A stretch of 64,000 bases of DNA from Octopus vulgaris. Taxonomy: Eukaryota. Under the pieces are notes generated by a model that saw only the letters and a list, made by a program, of their open reading frames with translations, did not search any database and was not told where the DNA came from. The stretch spans positions 39,432,001-39,496,000 of the forward strand of contig OX597816.1 of the NCBI GenBank assembly GCA_951406725.2, in the 5' to 3' direction. Every line of letters starts with the position of its first letter. Within the stretch, counting starts at the first letter, position 1. The translations under genes were made by a program, and so were the position numbers. Below are positions 32,701 to 43,765 of the stretch, in pieces.

Positions 32701-35700
32701 AAAGGATGCTACCTTCCATACCTAAATATTCTCACACAACCTAAGTATCTCATTCCATATACGTAACACTTCTACAAACAGAAACTTTGAAAATACCTTA
32801 GAACAGAAAATCTTTTATTTGTTTCAGTCAGTAGACTGCGGCCATGCTGGGGCACCACCTTAAACTTTTAGTCAAATGAATCAACTCCAGTAATTATTCT
32901 ATCAGTCTCTTTTGCCAAATCACTACATTACAGGGATGTAAACACACCAACACCAGTTGTCAAGTGTTGGTGGGGGGGGGGGGGAGGGGACAATCACAGA
33001 CACAAAAATACACACACACATATACAGATATCTATATCATGGGCTCCTTGCAGTTTCCTTCTACAAGGCTTTGGTTGGCCTGAGACTATAGTAGAAGACA
33101 CTTGCCCAAGGTGAAACACAGTGGGTCTGAACCCAGAACTATGTGGTTGGGAAAGCAACACCTGCACATCTGCAACATTGCCAAAGACTATGCTTTCAAA
33201 AGATGTTTTGGCACCAAATAGGCTGAAACAACATGTTTACAGGCTGCTTTATTTTACATCAATGGTTTTCTCACTCACATCCAACCACACAAACCCTTAC
33301 TCAGATGACATCAGTTTACACACTTTCCTTGCTATCAGCAGTTTAGTTTTAAAAAGTTGTCATTCCTTTACAAAGGACTGCTATATGGAAGCACTCCGTC
33401 GGTTACGACGACGAGGGTTCTGGTTGATCCGAATCAACGGAACAGCCTGCTCGTGAAATTAACGTGTAAGTGGCTGAGCACTCCACAGACACGTGCACCC
33501 TTAACGTAGTTCTCGGGGATATTCAGCATGACACAGACAGTGACAAGGCTGGCCCCTTGAAATACAGGTACAACAGAAACAGGAAGTAAGAGTGAGAGAA
33601 AGTTGTGGTGAAAGAGTACAGCAGGGATCACCACCATCCCCTGCCGGAGCCTCGTGGAGCTTTAGGTGTTTTCACTCAATAAACACTCACAACGCCCGGT
33701 CTGGGAATCGAAACCGCGATCCTATGACCGCGAGTCCGCTGCCCTAACCACTGGGCCATTGCGCCTCCACAGGACTGCTATATACGACACCACATATGCA
33801 ATCAGCAAAATATTTCATTTTACAAACAACAGTAGGACATCTTCATTCTTTCATTTTTTACCTCCGTTTTTTTTACCATGCCAGCATAGGTTGGACAAAT
33901 ATACATTGTTTTACAGGCTGAGTACCCTGTCTATTATTAACCCTTATCTATTACAGAATGTAAACACACACACACATATATACATATATATATGGAAAGA
34001 GAGAGAGAGATAATGGGCTTTCAAACAGCTTCTGATTACCAATTCCGCTTGTACAGCACTAGTTAGGCTGAGGTTATAGCAGCAGACACATCTGCCCAAG
34101 GGGCTATGCAGTGTGATAGAACCAGAGATGACATGGTAACAAAGTGCAAACTCCATATCCACACAGTTATGACTGCAACTATATGTGAATGTGTATATAT
34201 AATAAGAAATAATACTGGGTAGCCGAAAACATCACTACACTTGTTTGGTTATTTATTCAACAATGTATAATAATTATACAATATTACATGACATCATGCT
34301 AGTTGCATAACTGCATCATTTCACCAGTTGATATGTCAGTGAAATCAAAGCAAAATATTTATGTGCTAAGATTTTATGTGGGAATAATTTGTTAGAATTT
34401 TGGTGATGGTTTGCACAATTATTAACACCGATTTATGAATATGGAATTTCCCACTGAATTTATAAAGGCAGAAAAATAAATCACTGCATTATATTGTATA
34501 GGAAGTTATGTTACTGTTGCGGTAACAATTCTATTTCAACTGTTACCTACAACATTATTGGTATAATGGGACCCAACATCTCACTTTGTTTCAAGTCAAC
34601 ATGTAAAAGAAAAACTGAAGCCTTACCGCAGAAGATGCACCATCATTAGAAAGGAAGCAAGAGATTGTAGGGCAGTAGAAGCAGTCAGGAGCTGAATAAC
34701 TAGTTGCATTGGTCCGCCTTTTGAGAGTGTCTGCCAGAGTCGGGGCCAGAATATACAGCCGATAACAAAATAACACAAAGTTAAAAGCTGGTAGAATCCA
34801 AGAAGACCTGGAAATAATCAACAAAAAGAAAGCTCTGATGATATCTTAGACAATGTTTTTACTCTTTTAATGTCTGTGTATCATCATAACAGTAATGCCC
34901 AATTTTCTGTGATCACACCAGTCTGTCAGAATTTTTCGAAGCAGATTTTCTATGGTCTGATGTTCTTCTCGTCTTCAACCCTCACCTGTTTCCTAGTGGG
35001 ATAATTTTTACCCCACATGGTTGGAGATGTTTTCATGGAAGATTGGAAACAAAGGAGATCATTTCCATGACAGTGACACTTGTTTAAAACAATCACACCA
35101 AGTCAAGACAAGGAAACAGAAACACACACACAAACAAGAAGAATGGAGTAAGCAAGTTGTTTTATGACATCAATTTACAGTTGCTTCATCTGCAAATAGC
35201 TTTTGAATTTTGATATGTGTCATTAACACTTCATGAATCAATAGCTGCATATATTATTGCATAATACAGTGTTATTCACGAGATCAAACTCAGATGAAAC
35301 AATTGTAAATTGATGTAATAAAATGACTTGCTCACTACAATTTACTTGTTTATAATTATTTTTAAAATAAGCTCTGTCTGGCACCTGTGCGGGTGGCACG
35401 TAAAAAGCACCCACTACACTCACGGAGTGGTTGGCGTTAGGAAGGGCATCCAGCCGTAGAAACACTGCCAGATTTGACTGGGCCTGATGAAGCCTTCTGG
35501 CTTCACAGACCCCAGTAGAACCGTCCAACCCATGCTAGCATGGAAAACGGACGCTAAACGATGATGATGATGATGATGCAATCTCAGGATTATTGTCTGT
35601 CTGATAGCTTGGATGTGTTTAATATGGTAAACTCTAGGGTTAACACCCAAATAAATATATAGGATTCTTTCAGTTTCTGTCTAACATATTTACTCACAAG

Positions 35701-35929
35701 GCTTTGGTCAGCTTCAGGCTACTTGGGAAGACACTTACCAAAGGTGCCATGTAGTGAGACTAAACGCAGAACTAAGTGACTGAAAAGCATGCATACGTAT
35801 ATATGTAAGAATGGCTGCCTGGTTAAGAACTTTGTTTCCCAACTACATGGTTTCAGATTCAGTCCCACTGCATAATACCTTGAGTATTTTTGTGAGTGGA
35901 TTTGGTAACTGGAACTGAAAGAATCAGGT

Positions 35930-35965
<36 letters not shown>

Positions 35966-36018
35966 GACGATGCTACAAAATCTTTTATTGAATTAAGTTA
36001 ACAGTAGCATAACTGCAG

Positions 36019-36069
<51 letters not shown>

Positions 36070-38298
36070 GTTGGTGCATAATTACTGCAGTTTTTTTTTC
36101 CAATAAATTTTATTCAACAAAAACAATAACAACATTTAAAAAACGTTTTTAAATGATTATTCTGACCAACTGCCAAGCAAATGGGAAGCAGTAATTGAAG
36201 TAGATGGTGAATATGCTCTGGAATAGGTATTTAAAGATGCTTTGATAAATGTTGTTATTGTTTTTGTTGAATAAAATTTATTGAAGAAAAAGCTGCAATA
36301 ATTATGCACCAACCTAATATATATAAATATAGGTGCAGACATAGGTGTGCAAACAAGTTCATTTTGGAATTACTTAGTTACAGGTTTGGTCCCTCTGTAT
36401 GGACACTGTTGACAACTATACCTGTGGACTGACAATCCTGTGAGTGAATTTGGTAGAAATGCATTTTACTTACACACACACACATGAATGTGACAGTGTG
36501 TTGATTGCAAATGAAAACCTCACTGTTTGTTGCTTGGTATGTTCATTAGATTAAGGGATTACTACATTGCTTGGAAACAGGTGAGGGTTGCTGTTGAGAA
36601 AGGAATCTAACATATGCAAGCATGAAAAAGTAGATGTTAAAATAATGATGATGATGATGATGATGCACATACATACACACACATTAAAAGTAAAAGTAGT
36701 TTTGATGATGGGGATTCAGTTACTTGATCAACTGAATTACCTGTTCATTGTATTAATATGCAGGTGACTGAGTATTCCAGATATGTGCACCTTTACCAAA
36801 ATCTTCAGGTAGAATTATGATATTGCTGCTATTTTGAATTATATAAACCCATCTGAAAAGTTTCCATCTAGTTTCTATCATGGTACCTCATGACAGCAAA
36901 GTGAAAGTCTTACTAATTCAGCCATGCTGCATCCACACACACAAAGACAAACATTTACACAGTTGCATAGTGTAAATAACAACACTGTTTACCTTCACTT
37001 ATCCATGTTATATAAATATAGGCCATGATTTAAAAAAAAAAACATCATTACAGAACATGCATAATACAGTGGCCTCCCTTTGCGGTGCAAACATATGTGT
37101 GTGTGTGTCAAGTATTTTGATTTTGATAGAAAATGGCAGTAACCTTACCTGATTCCTCATCACTAAAATGAATGGTTGGGGCTGCAAGTGAGTCTGGGTT
37201 TAATAATTTAATGTCATACAGAATGTAATTTGGTTTTTCTAGAGGGGTAAACGGTTTTGTAGGATCACAAGTGTAAGCATCTGCATAGACAATGTGCCAT
37301 ATTTTGGGGTAATAGAAGTGTGCAATAGTGAGATTTCCAGTCTTGTTTGTAAGTTCATCTGCCAAAGGAAAGATTAAAATAATCAAACAAAAGCAAGAAA
37401 AATTTAAAAGCAAACTTTCAACAACACAAAACCAAATACTTTTATATTCAGACTAGCAGTATTGCCCGGCATTGCTCGGGTTTGTAAGGGAAATAACTAT
37501 ATAAGCATTTTTAGAGCTGTAAAGTATAATAGCCATCTCAATATGGCTAACCACAAGGGGGTGGGGTTACTGTAGCTTTTTACATTCTGAGATTTAATAA
37601 TAAATTTTTAGAGAGTTACTTCCCTTATATATGCCAAAAATGCATTAAAAATGGGAAAAATTGATGGTAAATTTTTTTTTTAATTGTAGACGCGCGCTAA
37701 TACCCAGAAGGGCTCGATATGAATCACGACTATAAGATACCCGGTTTTGGTTAAACTGCACCGCAAAATGTGGGAGTAGTTAGGAATCTAAATCGTATGA
37801 GACAGACACACAACTTGACTTTTATATATAAAGATGTAATGTTATGTTTCTTTTTAATATCAGTCAGGTTACAGTTGATTGTGAAGGTTCTACAGAAAAT
37901 TGACCACTAACTGTTGAACAGATAACCCCAACCAGAAAAGGGGGCTCCATGACTGATTAGTTAAAGGGAGAAAAAAAAAAAAAAAAAAAAGGAAAAGGAA
38001 AGAGAAAAGAGAGAAAGGGTTTTTTTTGCAGCTGTTGAAGTTAATGACAACAGATAAATAAAAAACAAAAAATCCAAAATATTCTCTCCCCATTCAATTC
38101 CAGATTTTTTCCAGCTAACATACGCACATATATAAAAAGGCATAAATTTTCTGTAAAATCAGTTATAATTCTCTGAAGTGAGATGAAAGTGCTAAATAAA
38201 TGATTATCCAAAATTCTGACTACCTCTTTTTTCTTAATATAATAAAATCTGTACACCACTTTAAATACATACAGAGGTATGTTAAATGCCGTTGTTGC

Positions 38299-38333
<35 letters not shown>

Positions 38334-41300
38334 CAAGAGTGTTGAGCTAGCAGAATCGTTAGCATGCTGGATGAGATGCTTAGTGGCATTTCTTCCAGCT
38401 CTTTACATTCTAAGTTCAAATTCTGCTGAGACTGACTTTGCCTTTGGTCTTTTTGGAGGTCAGTAAAGTCAGAACCAGTCAAGCACTGGGGTTGATATAA
38501 TCAACTACCCCCTCTCCTCCTCCAAAATTTTAGGCATTGTGTCAGTCGTAGAAAGAATTATTATTATTTTACATTTAGTTCACAATGCAGTTCCTTCACA
38601 AGCTGTTGATCGGATGTCTAATTTCAGTATTTTCCAGCAGCATTGCACTCTCCAACAGTATAAAGAGCATCCAAGTTATTTTATATTACATTGCAGTCAT
38701 TTCCTCTAACTCTGCTGCCATCACAGCAAACAACAAAACTCTCAAACAGCATTTATTTTTGTATCATTCCTTACTGAGAATTTGTTCTTTATTTACTTTA
38801 TCTACATTTGACGGATATTTGTCCCCATCTTGTTTGTTGTTAACACATCGTTTTGGCTGATATACTCTCCAGCTTTCATCAGGTGTTTTGGATGAATTTC
38901 GAACCTGGGTTCTCAATCCTAAGGTATTTTTCGATGTTGTCATTATTATTATTATTCAGGTCACTGCCTGGGATTGAACTCGGAATTTCAGGGTTAGTAG
39001 CCTGCTACTACCTTAGGAATCTTGGTGTTAGTAGCCCGCTACTACCTTAGGAATCTTGGTGTTAGTAGCCCGCTACTACCTTAGTAATGAGAACCCAGGT
39101 TTGAAATTTCCCCAAGACACCTGATGAAGGCCGGAGAGTATATCAGCCGAAATGTTGTGTTAACAACAAACAAAATGAGGAGAAATATCCGTCAAATGTA
39201 AATAATGTACATAATTCCTCATCTCTTAAATATAGAACTGAATTTGTTCTTTGCTCTTAGTTCCAGTTATCCATAATTTTTTCTCATGCTATTGCTTACA
39301 TAATATGAAACCAATATGGTGCAATGATACTTACATGCGATCCTTGCTTTGTCAAATTTGCTTTGACATGAAGTATCTAGTGTTGCTTCCTTCCAGTCTT
39401 CATTGAGAAAAAGATAAAGTTTAGGTATTGTAGCTCCAGTTTCATTTAGAACATACTTGATCATTGCTGATTCCCCTGAAATTTTCAGAAATAGATGGTC
39501 ACAATTTATTTCAGCTGCAACACTTAAATGTAATAGGGAAGAAATCTGAAACAATAAATGTCAAGCAAATTATTCTTCACAAGTTCATACCAGTGGCATA
39601 GCTAGTTAGAATCTGTGCCCTGTGATTTTGTCTCCTGTGCAGGTTTATACAGCAGACCCAGAAGTGTTGCCCCCATTAAAGTGTCACCTAGAGCATTCTA
39701 CTCGTAATAATTCCTGACTTTGTACATCTAGGATTGCCTTGACTGGTGTGTCTTACCATTTTTAAAACAGTAAGGTGTGATTTGAGGGAGATATGGTAGC
39801 TATGCAATTGATTCATACCAGATATACAGTTGAAAAAAGTTAAACATTGTTTCTGTAAATATATTTATCTAACCCATGCTGTCATTGAAAAATGGATGTA
39901 AAAATGAATGAATGAATAAATATGTCGTATATCTTAAAAGATTTTACATATAGATTTCCTTGTTGCAGTTACCTTTTGCCATTTAAACTAGCCACATCTG
40001 GCCCAAATTTTCTACCTGTTTAATGTTCAAACTGGCCAGATATAGCCTTTCGTACCTACCCTACCATTAAAAAACATAAACAATCACATCAATGAAATCT
40101 CAAAGCTACAAAGATAATGTATAATTATTTCAAGAATCAGTCCTCAGACCCCTCCTATTCACCAAGTCCTCCAGGCAATAACAGGAATTCAAGACAGGAG
40201 GCCCCTGGGAGCTCCTCTATACTGATAACCTTGCTCTAATTGTTGAGTCACTATCAGAAGTAGAGGAGAAGTTTCAGGCATGGAAACAAGGGCCTTAGGG
40301 TCAACCTAGCTAAAACCAAAGTCTAATAAGTATGAAGGCAGACAAACCACAAATCCCTTCAGGTAGATGGCCCTGCTTGTACCCAGTGTAAGCAATGGAC
40401 ACATAAGAGGTGCAGCAAAATCAAAGGAAGGCTAACTGGGAAGATAGTTTTTGTATGTGGCAGATGCTCAGGAGCAATAAACACTGAAAATGTGCAGAGA
40501 ACAACTTCCGCCACATTCCAAGGAGAAAAACTAGTAGTAGGTGATAGCTTCTGTTACCTAGGTGACCAAGTCAGTAGCTGGGGAGGGTGCGCTGAAAGTG
40601 TAGCTGCTAGAATAAGAATAGCCTGGGCAAAGTTCAGAGAGCTCTTACCTCTGCTAGTGACAAAAGGGCCTCTTGCTCAGAGTAAAAGGTAGACTGTACG
40701 ACGCATGTGTATGAACAGCCATGCTACATGGCAGTGAAACATGGGCCGTGACTGCTGAGGACATGCATAAGCTAGTAAGGAATGAAACCTGTATGCTCCG
40801 ATGGATGTGTAATGTCAGTGTGCATACTCTGGTTGGATTTTTTTTTCATACAAACACAAATAAATTTCTATCAAATATCAAGCACTAAGATTATGCATCG
40901 AACACGTATCTTAGCAAAATTTCATTTAAAACTTATTCATCACAAAGAAAGTTTAAGAAACAAAGTTAGGGGTGGAGTGGGGTATCAAACTGTAGTTATG
41001 TCACTGTATTCTTTTGCTTTTGATAAGGAAAAAAATATTTAAAGTAAGGGAAGAAAAAACGCTTCGTTAATCAAATTTCTATACTTAAAATAAATTTTCT
41101 TTCCCAAAGCATTAAGTAATGGACTTTTGTTCACACTGAACAAAACATCGAATGCAATTTATATAATGATTCGCTGACATTCTTTTTAACAAACCACTAA
41201 TTTTATATTATAGAGGAAGTCCTCAGCCTGTTAAATATTTCACTGTGGGTAACAAATATCAACACAAGGAAATACCGATCTATATTATGATCACTCGAAG

Positions 41301-41662
41301 TCTGAAAACACCTACATTTCTTGACACAGTATGTTTTGCATAATCGTTAATAATAACCAGTTTTTCAGCTTTTATTTTCATAGAAGTTTTTGTTTATATG
41401 TGTGTGCGCGCGTGACTGTTTGTGTGAGAGAGAAAGTATTGATGTAATTTATAAATATTAATGGATAAAAACCGAAGAAAAAAATAAACTAACCGTGAAA
41501 ACTAAAAGCTGTTAGGTATTGCCCGAAATCCTTTCGGGCTTCATCTGTCTTGAGCACACCTTTGATAGTCTTGCCTTCACATGATGAATAATAAAATACG
41601 TGAAGAATCAAAGATAAAAGTAAATATCCACTGTAAATACTTGACAACTGCAGGCCGGTCAT
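17470..41662 (-). CDS. GPR180: GPR180 (integral membrane protein GPR180/ITR, GOLD+7TM family), complete, 9 exons, 442 aa; complement(join(41494..41662,39335..39475,37149..37358,34627..34807,31312..31361,25908..26059,22435..22626,19724..19801,17470..17625))
   Basis: Exon lengths sum to 1329 nt (443 codons) with consistent phases and GT-AG introns. Motifs GKTIKG..FSFHG, WHIVYADAYTC, LLNPD..HFSDEESG, KGGPM, ERSALKREFY, LYWEVSALSS match recalled human GPR180. N-terminal hydrophobic signal peptide present. Confidence 0.95.
17770..18005. mobile_element. Penelope-like inverted-arm element in (TA)n
   Basis: ~80-bp inverted arms around 17918-17927 plus a unique extension; hammerhead fold in the arms. 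Confidence 0.65.
17933..17970 (+). ncRNA. Hammerhead-like motif with U4C core variant
   Basis: CTGT-CCGACGA-ACG ggaa CGT-GAA-ACTCAGAGT-A-ACAG. Confidence 0.55.
19724..19801 (-). CDS. GPR180: GPR180 exon 8 (SCMLWFLCYPVLVLFSWMLTEYLRYK)
   Basis: CCTAG acceptor, GTATTT donor, 78 nt, phase 0/0. Confidence 0.93.
20537..20952 (+). mobile_element. SINE family A, full length
   Basis: Same head, body and tail as the other family A copies. Confidence 0.88.
21625..21808 (+). mobile_element. ~185-bp dispersed repeat carrying the A6U hammerhead (copies 18160-18345, 62165-62362)
   Basis: Three near-identical copies, each abutting TA/CA microsatellite. Confidence 0.8.
22435..22626 (-). CDS. GPR180: GPR180 exon 7 (SILYIWEQY..ERSALKREFYATFTK)
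   Basis: TCTAG acceptor, GTAAGT donor, 192 nt, phase 0/0. Confidence 0.94.
22998..23330 (+). mobile_element. CR1/L2-group LINE 3' end (also 31700-32055 +, 27172-27510 -, 57895-58175 -, degenerate 58810-59160 -)
   Basis: Family encodes TRGHAYKVRKQHSSHDF.KHFFTLRVAEAWNKLPASVV, a typical CR1/L2 ORF2 C-terminus; (ATT)n tail. Confidence 0.82.
23979..24359 (+). mobile_element. SINE family A
   Basis: Same consensus. Confidence 0.87.
24545..24959 (-). mobile_element. SINE family B, head-to-tail partial dimer
   Basis: Two copies of the GAGTTCAAATTCC..GCCTTTCATCCTTTCGGGGTCGATAAATTAAGTACCAG module; 16-bp TSD TTAAGTTTATTGTATT at 24529 and 24960. Confidence 0.85.
25114..25792 (+). mobile_element. RTE-clade LINE 3' end with an internal ~210-bp tandem duplication
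   Basis: LREK.GI..DEDSCIKKCRSL..GRGRPRKT twice, then a 3' UTR ending in (GAT)n. Confidence 0.78.
25908..26059 (-). CDS. GPR180: GPR180 exon 6 (FVDVISQFTMLYMLLCLSLGWTL..LLCVLQ)
   Basis: TTTAG acceptor, GTAAAT donor, 152 nt, phase 1/0. Confidence 0.93.
29085..29683. mobile_element. Foldback MITE (near-complete palindrome) with 8-bp TSD
   Basis: GGATCTTTACCTTTTGACCGACAG.. / ..CTGTCGGTCAAAAGGTAAAGATCC; TSD ATACTTAG at 29077-29084 and 29684-29691. Confidence 0.9.
30465..30695 (+). mobile_element. SINE family B (also 32436-32640, 38344-38555, 48437-48660)
   Basis: tRNA-like head GGCGAGCTGGCAGAAACGTTAG..GAGTTCAAATTCC plus the shared central domain; near-perfect TSD ATATATTTTATWATAA. Confidence 0.85.
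31312..31361 (-). CDS. GPR180: GPR180 exon 5 (YAKDGFGFPFCELLAE)
   Basis: TGTAG acceptor, GTAAAT donor, 50 nt, phase 2/1; resembles human YSKDGIGVPF..LAE. Confidence 0.92.
33387..33770 (-). mobile_element. tRNA-derived SINE family D, young full-length copy
   Basis: Head GGAGGCGCAATGGCCCAGTGGTTAG..GGTTTCGATTCCC; 13-bp TSD AGGACTGCTATAT at 33374 and 33771. Confidence 0.88.
34627..34807 (-). CDS. GPR180: GPR180 exon 4 (GLLGFYQLLTLCYF..KGGPM..MVHLL/R)
   Basis: TCCAG acceptor, GTAAGG donor, 181 nt, phase 1/2. Confidence 0.93.
36066..36317 (+). mobile_element. mariner-derived MITE
   Basis: TA|TTAGGTTGGTGCA..TGCACCAACCTAA|TA; internal DQLPSKWEAVIEVDGEY* resembles a mariner transposase C-terminus. 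Confidence 0.88.
37149..37358 (-). CDS. GPR180: GPR180 exon 3 (YELTNKT..HFSDEES/G)
   Basis: GGCAG acceptor, GTAAGG donor, 210 nt, phase 1/1. Confidence 0.93.
37453..37834 (-). mobile_element. Non-autonomous Helitron
   Basis: A|TC..CCCGAGCAATGCCGGGC hairpin..CTAG|T; same family as 49963 and 53885. Confidence 0.85.
38791..39239. mobile_element. Penelope-like non-autonomous element with inverted arms, each carrying a hammerhead fold
   Basis: ~130-bp inverted arms; 13-bp TSD GAATTTGTTCTTT at 38778 and 39240; CTGATGA core in both arms. Confidence 0.72.
39116..39161 (+). ncRNA. Type I hammerhead ribozyme motif
   Basis: GACAC-CTGATGA-A-GGCCG..CAGCC-GAAA-TGTT-GTGTT; stem I GACAC/GTGTT, stem II GGC/GCC. 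Confidence 0.62.
39335..39475 (-). CDS. GPR180: GPR180 exon 2 (GESAMIKY..KLYLF..SCQSKFDKARIA)
   Basis: TTCAG acceptor, GTAAGT donor, 141 nt, phase 1/1. Confidence 0.92.
40135..40830 (+). mobile_element. RTE-clade reverse transcriptase remnant
   Basis: Degenerate QESVL.PLLF, WELLYTDNL (YADD region), FCYLGD..ARIRIAWAKFRELLPLL, MLHGSETW. Confidence 0.85.
41494..41662 (-). CDS. GPR180: GPR180 exon 1 coding part (MTGLQLSS..TAFSFH/G)
   Basis: ATG at 41662; GTTAG donor; phase 1. Confidence 0.9.
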
Positions 41663-43050
41663 CTCTCTAAATAAATGTTTGTCAAGTTCCGATTGATTTT
41701 TTACGTGGCTTCCATAGATTTGGCAATGACGAAACGACAATCAGCTTGAAGAGTTTGAGAGGCTAAAGAAGTGAGGAGAAAAAAAAAAAAAAATCAGAGG
41801 ATGAAAGTAAAAAAAGCCACAGTGTAAATATCTTGGTGGTCCCAAAGAGGAAATTCCCTCAAGTCAAGCCATCTGCCTCAAGTAGCGAGGCTCCACGCGG
41901 ACACTGCCACAAACTGTCGGCTGCCAAGTCTAGCGACACACGTGACCTGCAACAACCTTAGCAGTATTACTACAGCAAAACCTTTGAGTTAAACGGACCC
42001 CCTATTAAATGCATTTCGGACTTGACGGACCGAAATAATTATACAGACGGCGATCTTTCGTCTCTAGTAGACCTTTCCGTCGATTTCCGTAAAAAAATTT
42101 TTTTTTTTTTTACATATGGGCTTGCGGGAACTTTTGAAGTAATATACATGCATATACACATACACCGAGTAAAAAAATTCAGTTATCTCTTTCTTTCACA
42201 CATTACTCTGTCTCTTCACACACACACTAACAGAAGCACTTCACTTACACAACATTCTGTCTGTCTCCCACACCCCATCAAACACACACACATGTACATC
42301 AATGCTTGCCATGCACGGTAACTTCAAAAGAACTTCCTCGTCATAAAATGGCTTTCTCTTAGTCTCTTTCGCTCTCATTACTTCAAAAGTTCCCGCAAGC
42401 CCATATGTAAAAAAAAAATTTTTTTACGGAAATCGACGGAAAGGTCTACTAGAGACGAAAGATTGCCATACAGACTTCTGTACTGCGGAAAAGTTATGTA
42501 AAAAAGAACCTTACTGTAACACGGAGTTTCGTTATGCGAGGCGTAGTTTTCCAATTGATTTCCTTGTTCACAACGTAACATTGGTGTCAGGAAAATAGGT
42601 TTCGCGTTATGGATCTCTGTGTTACGGCAAGATTCTCAGATACGCAACGTTTCCGTAACTCGGAGAACATCTGTAATACAATACTGTATTACCATTAAAG
42701 TCACTACAAGTTACTATTTTAATACACTACCCACCAGAATAGAAGGATTACATATTTTTTGTTATAATTTAGAAATTCTATATGATGTGAATTGTATCAA
42801 AACTTCTTTGGTACAATAATCCCTTAGTTACCATCTATGTAACGGACTTTCTTTTATTAATAATAAATACAACATTTATTAACCACATATATGTTTAATG
42901 TTAATTAATTAATTGGTAAAGCAATTAGTAACACAAGTCATCGCACAGATGTTTGGTCGTAAGAAGTAAACAATGTGTAGAACTGGTTTTTGGCAATAGA
43001 CGCATGCGTCCTGTTCACTTGTCGAACCAGACTTTCGTCTTGGTATGTAA
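41663..43050. promoter_or_regulatory. Probable bidirectional promoter GPR180/BMS1, with a candidate non-coding BMS1 exon 1 ending at 43042
   Basis: CpG-retaining region; E-box CACGTGAC 41939-41946; NRF1-like palindrome GACGCATGCGTC 42999-43010; TG|GTATGT donor at 43043. The acceptor 21 nt before the BMS1 ATG implies an upstream exon. Confidence 0.55.
42049..42467. mobile_element. MITE with ~95-bp TIRs and 8-bp TSD (Merlin-like)
   Basis: GGCGATCTTTCGTCTCTAGTAG.. / ..CTACTAGAGACGAAAGATTGCC; TSD ATACAGAC at 42041 and 42468. Confidence 0.88.
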
Positions 43051-43346
43051 CCCCGAGAGAATTTTCTCTTTTATTTCATAGTTTTCTCACATTTTAATGA
43101 TTTTTGCGAAACTGTTCCCATTATAGATCGTGAAAAATTAATCCTACTACCTCTGTGATTAATATAATGTATCATGAAATACTTGTACGTTTAATTTATC
43201 TTTCAACGTGCGAAATGTTTTGCACATGTGGCTCTGTTGAGATTGATTTCTTTTACTAGGTATAACCGTAGTTCAGCTTGTTAAATTCATTTTGCAGTAA
43301 ACGAGTAAAAATAAGCATTCGAATGGAGTAAAAACATTAGAATTGT

Positions 43347-43765
43347 GGCGATCTTTCGTCTCTAGTAGATCTTTCCGTCGATTTCCGTAAAAAAATATTT
43401 TTTTTTTACATATGGGCTTGCGAGAACTTTTGAAGTAATATACATACATATACACATACACCGAGTAAAAAATTTCAGTTATCTCTTTCTTTCACACATT
43501 ACTCTGTCTCTTCACACACACTAACAGAAGCACTTCACTTACACAACATACTGTCTGTGTCTCACACCCCATGAAACACACACACACATGTACATCAATG
43601 CTTGCCATGCACGGTAACTTCAAAAGAACTTCCCTCGTCATAAAATGGCTTTCTCTTAGTCTCTTTCGCTCTCATTACTTCAAAAGTTTCCGCAAGCCCA
43701 TATGTAAAAAAAAAAAAATTTTTACGGAAATCGACGGAAAGGTCTACTAGAGACGAAAGATTGCC
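43347..43765. mobile_element. Second copy of the same MITE
   Basis: Near-identical to 42049-42467, same orientation; degenerate TSD AGAATTGT/AGAAGTTT. Confidence 0.88.

Noticed and set aside
33291-33345. Minus-strand GTAAGG donor suggesting an extra GPR180 exon
   Set aside because: No GPR180-like translation; exons 4 and 5 already join in phase
33700-33770. tRNA gene candidates at SINE heads (also 49135-49205 and family A/B/E heads)
   Set aside because: No complete acceptor stem; each continues into a SINE body, several with TSDs
41663-41740. N-terminal extension of GPR180 shown in the ORF track
   Set aside because: It starts at a non-ATG codon; the ATG at 41662 directly precedes the signal peptide
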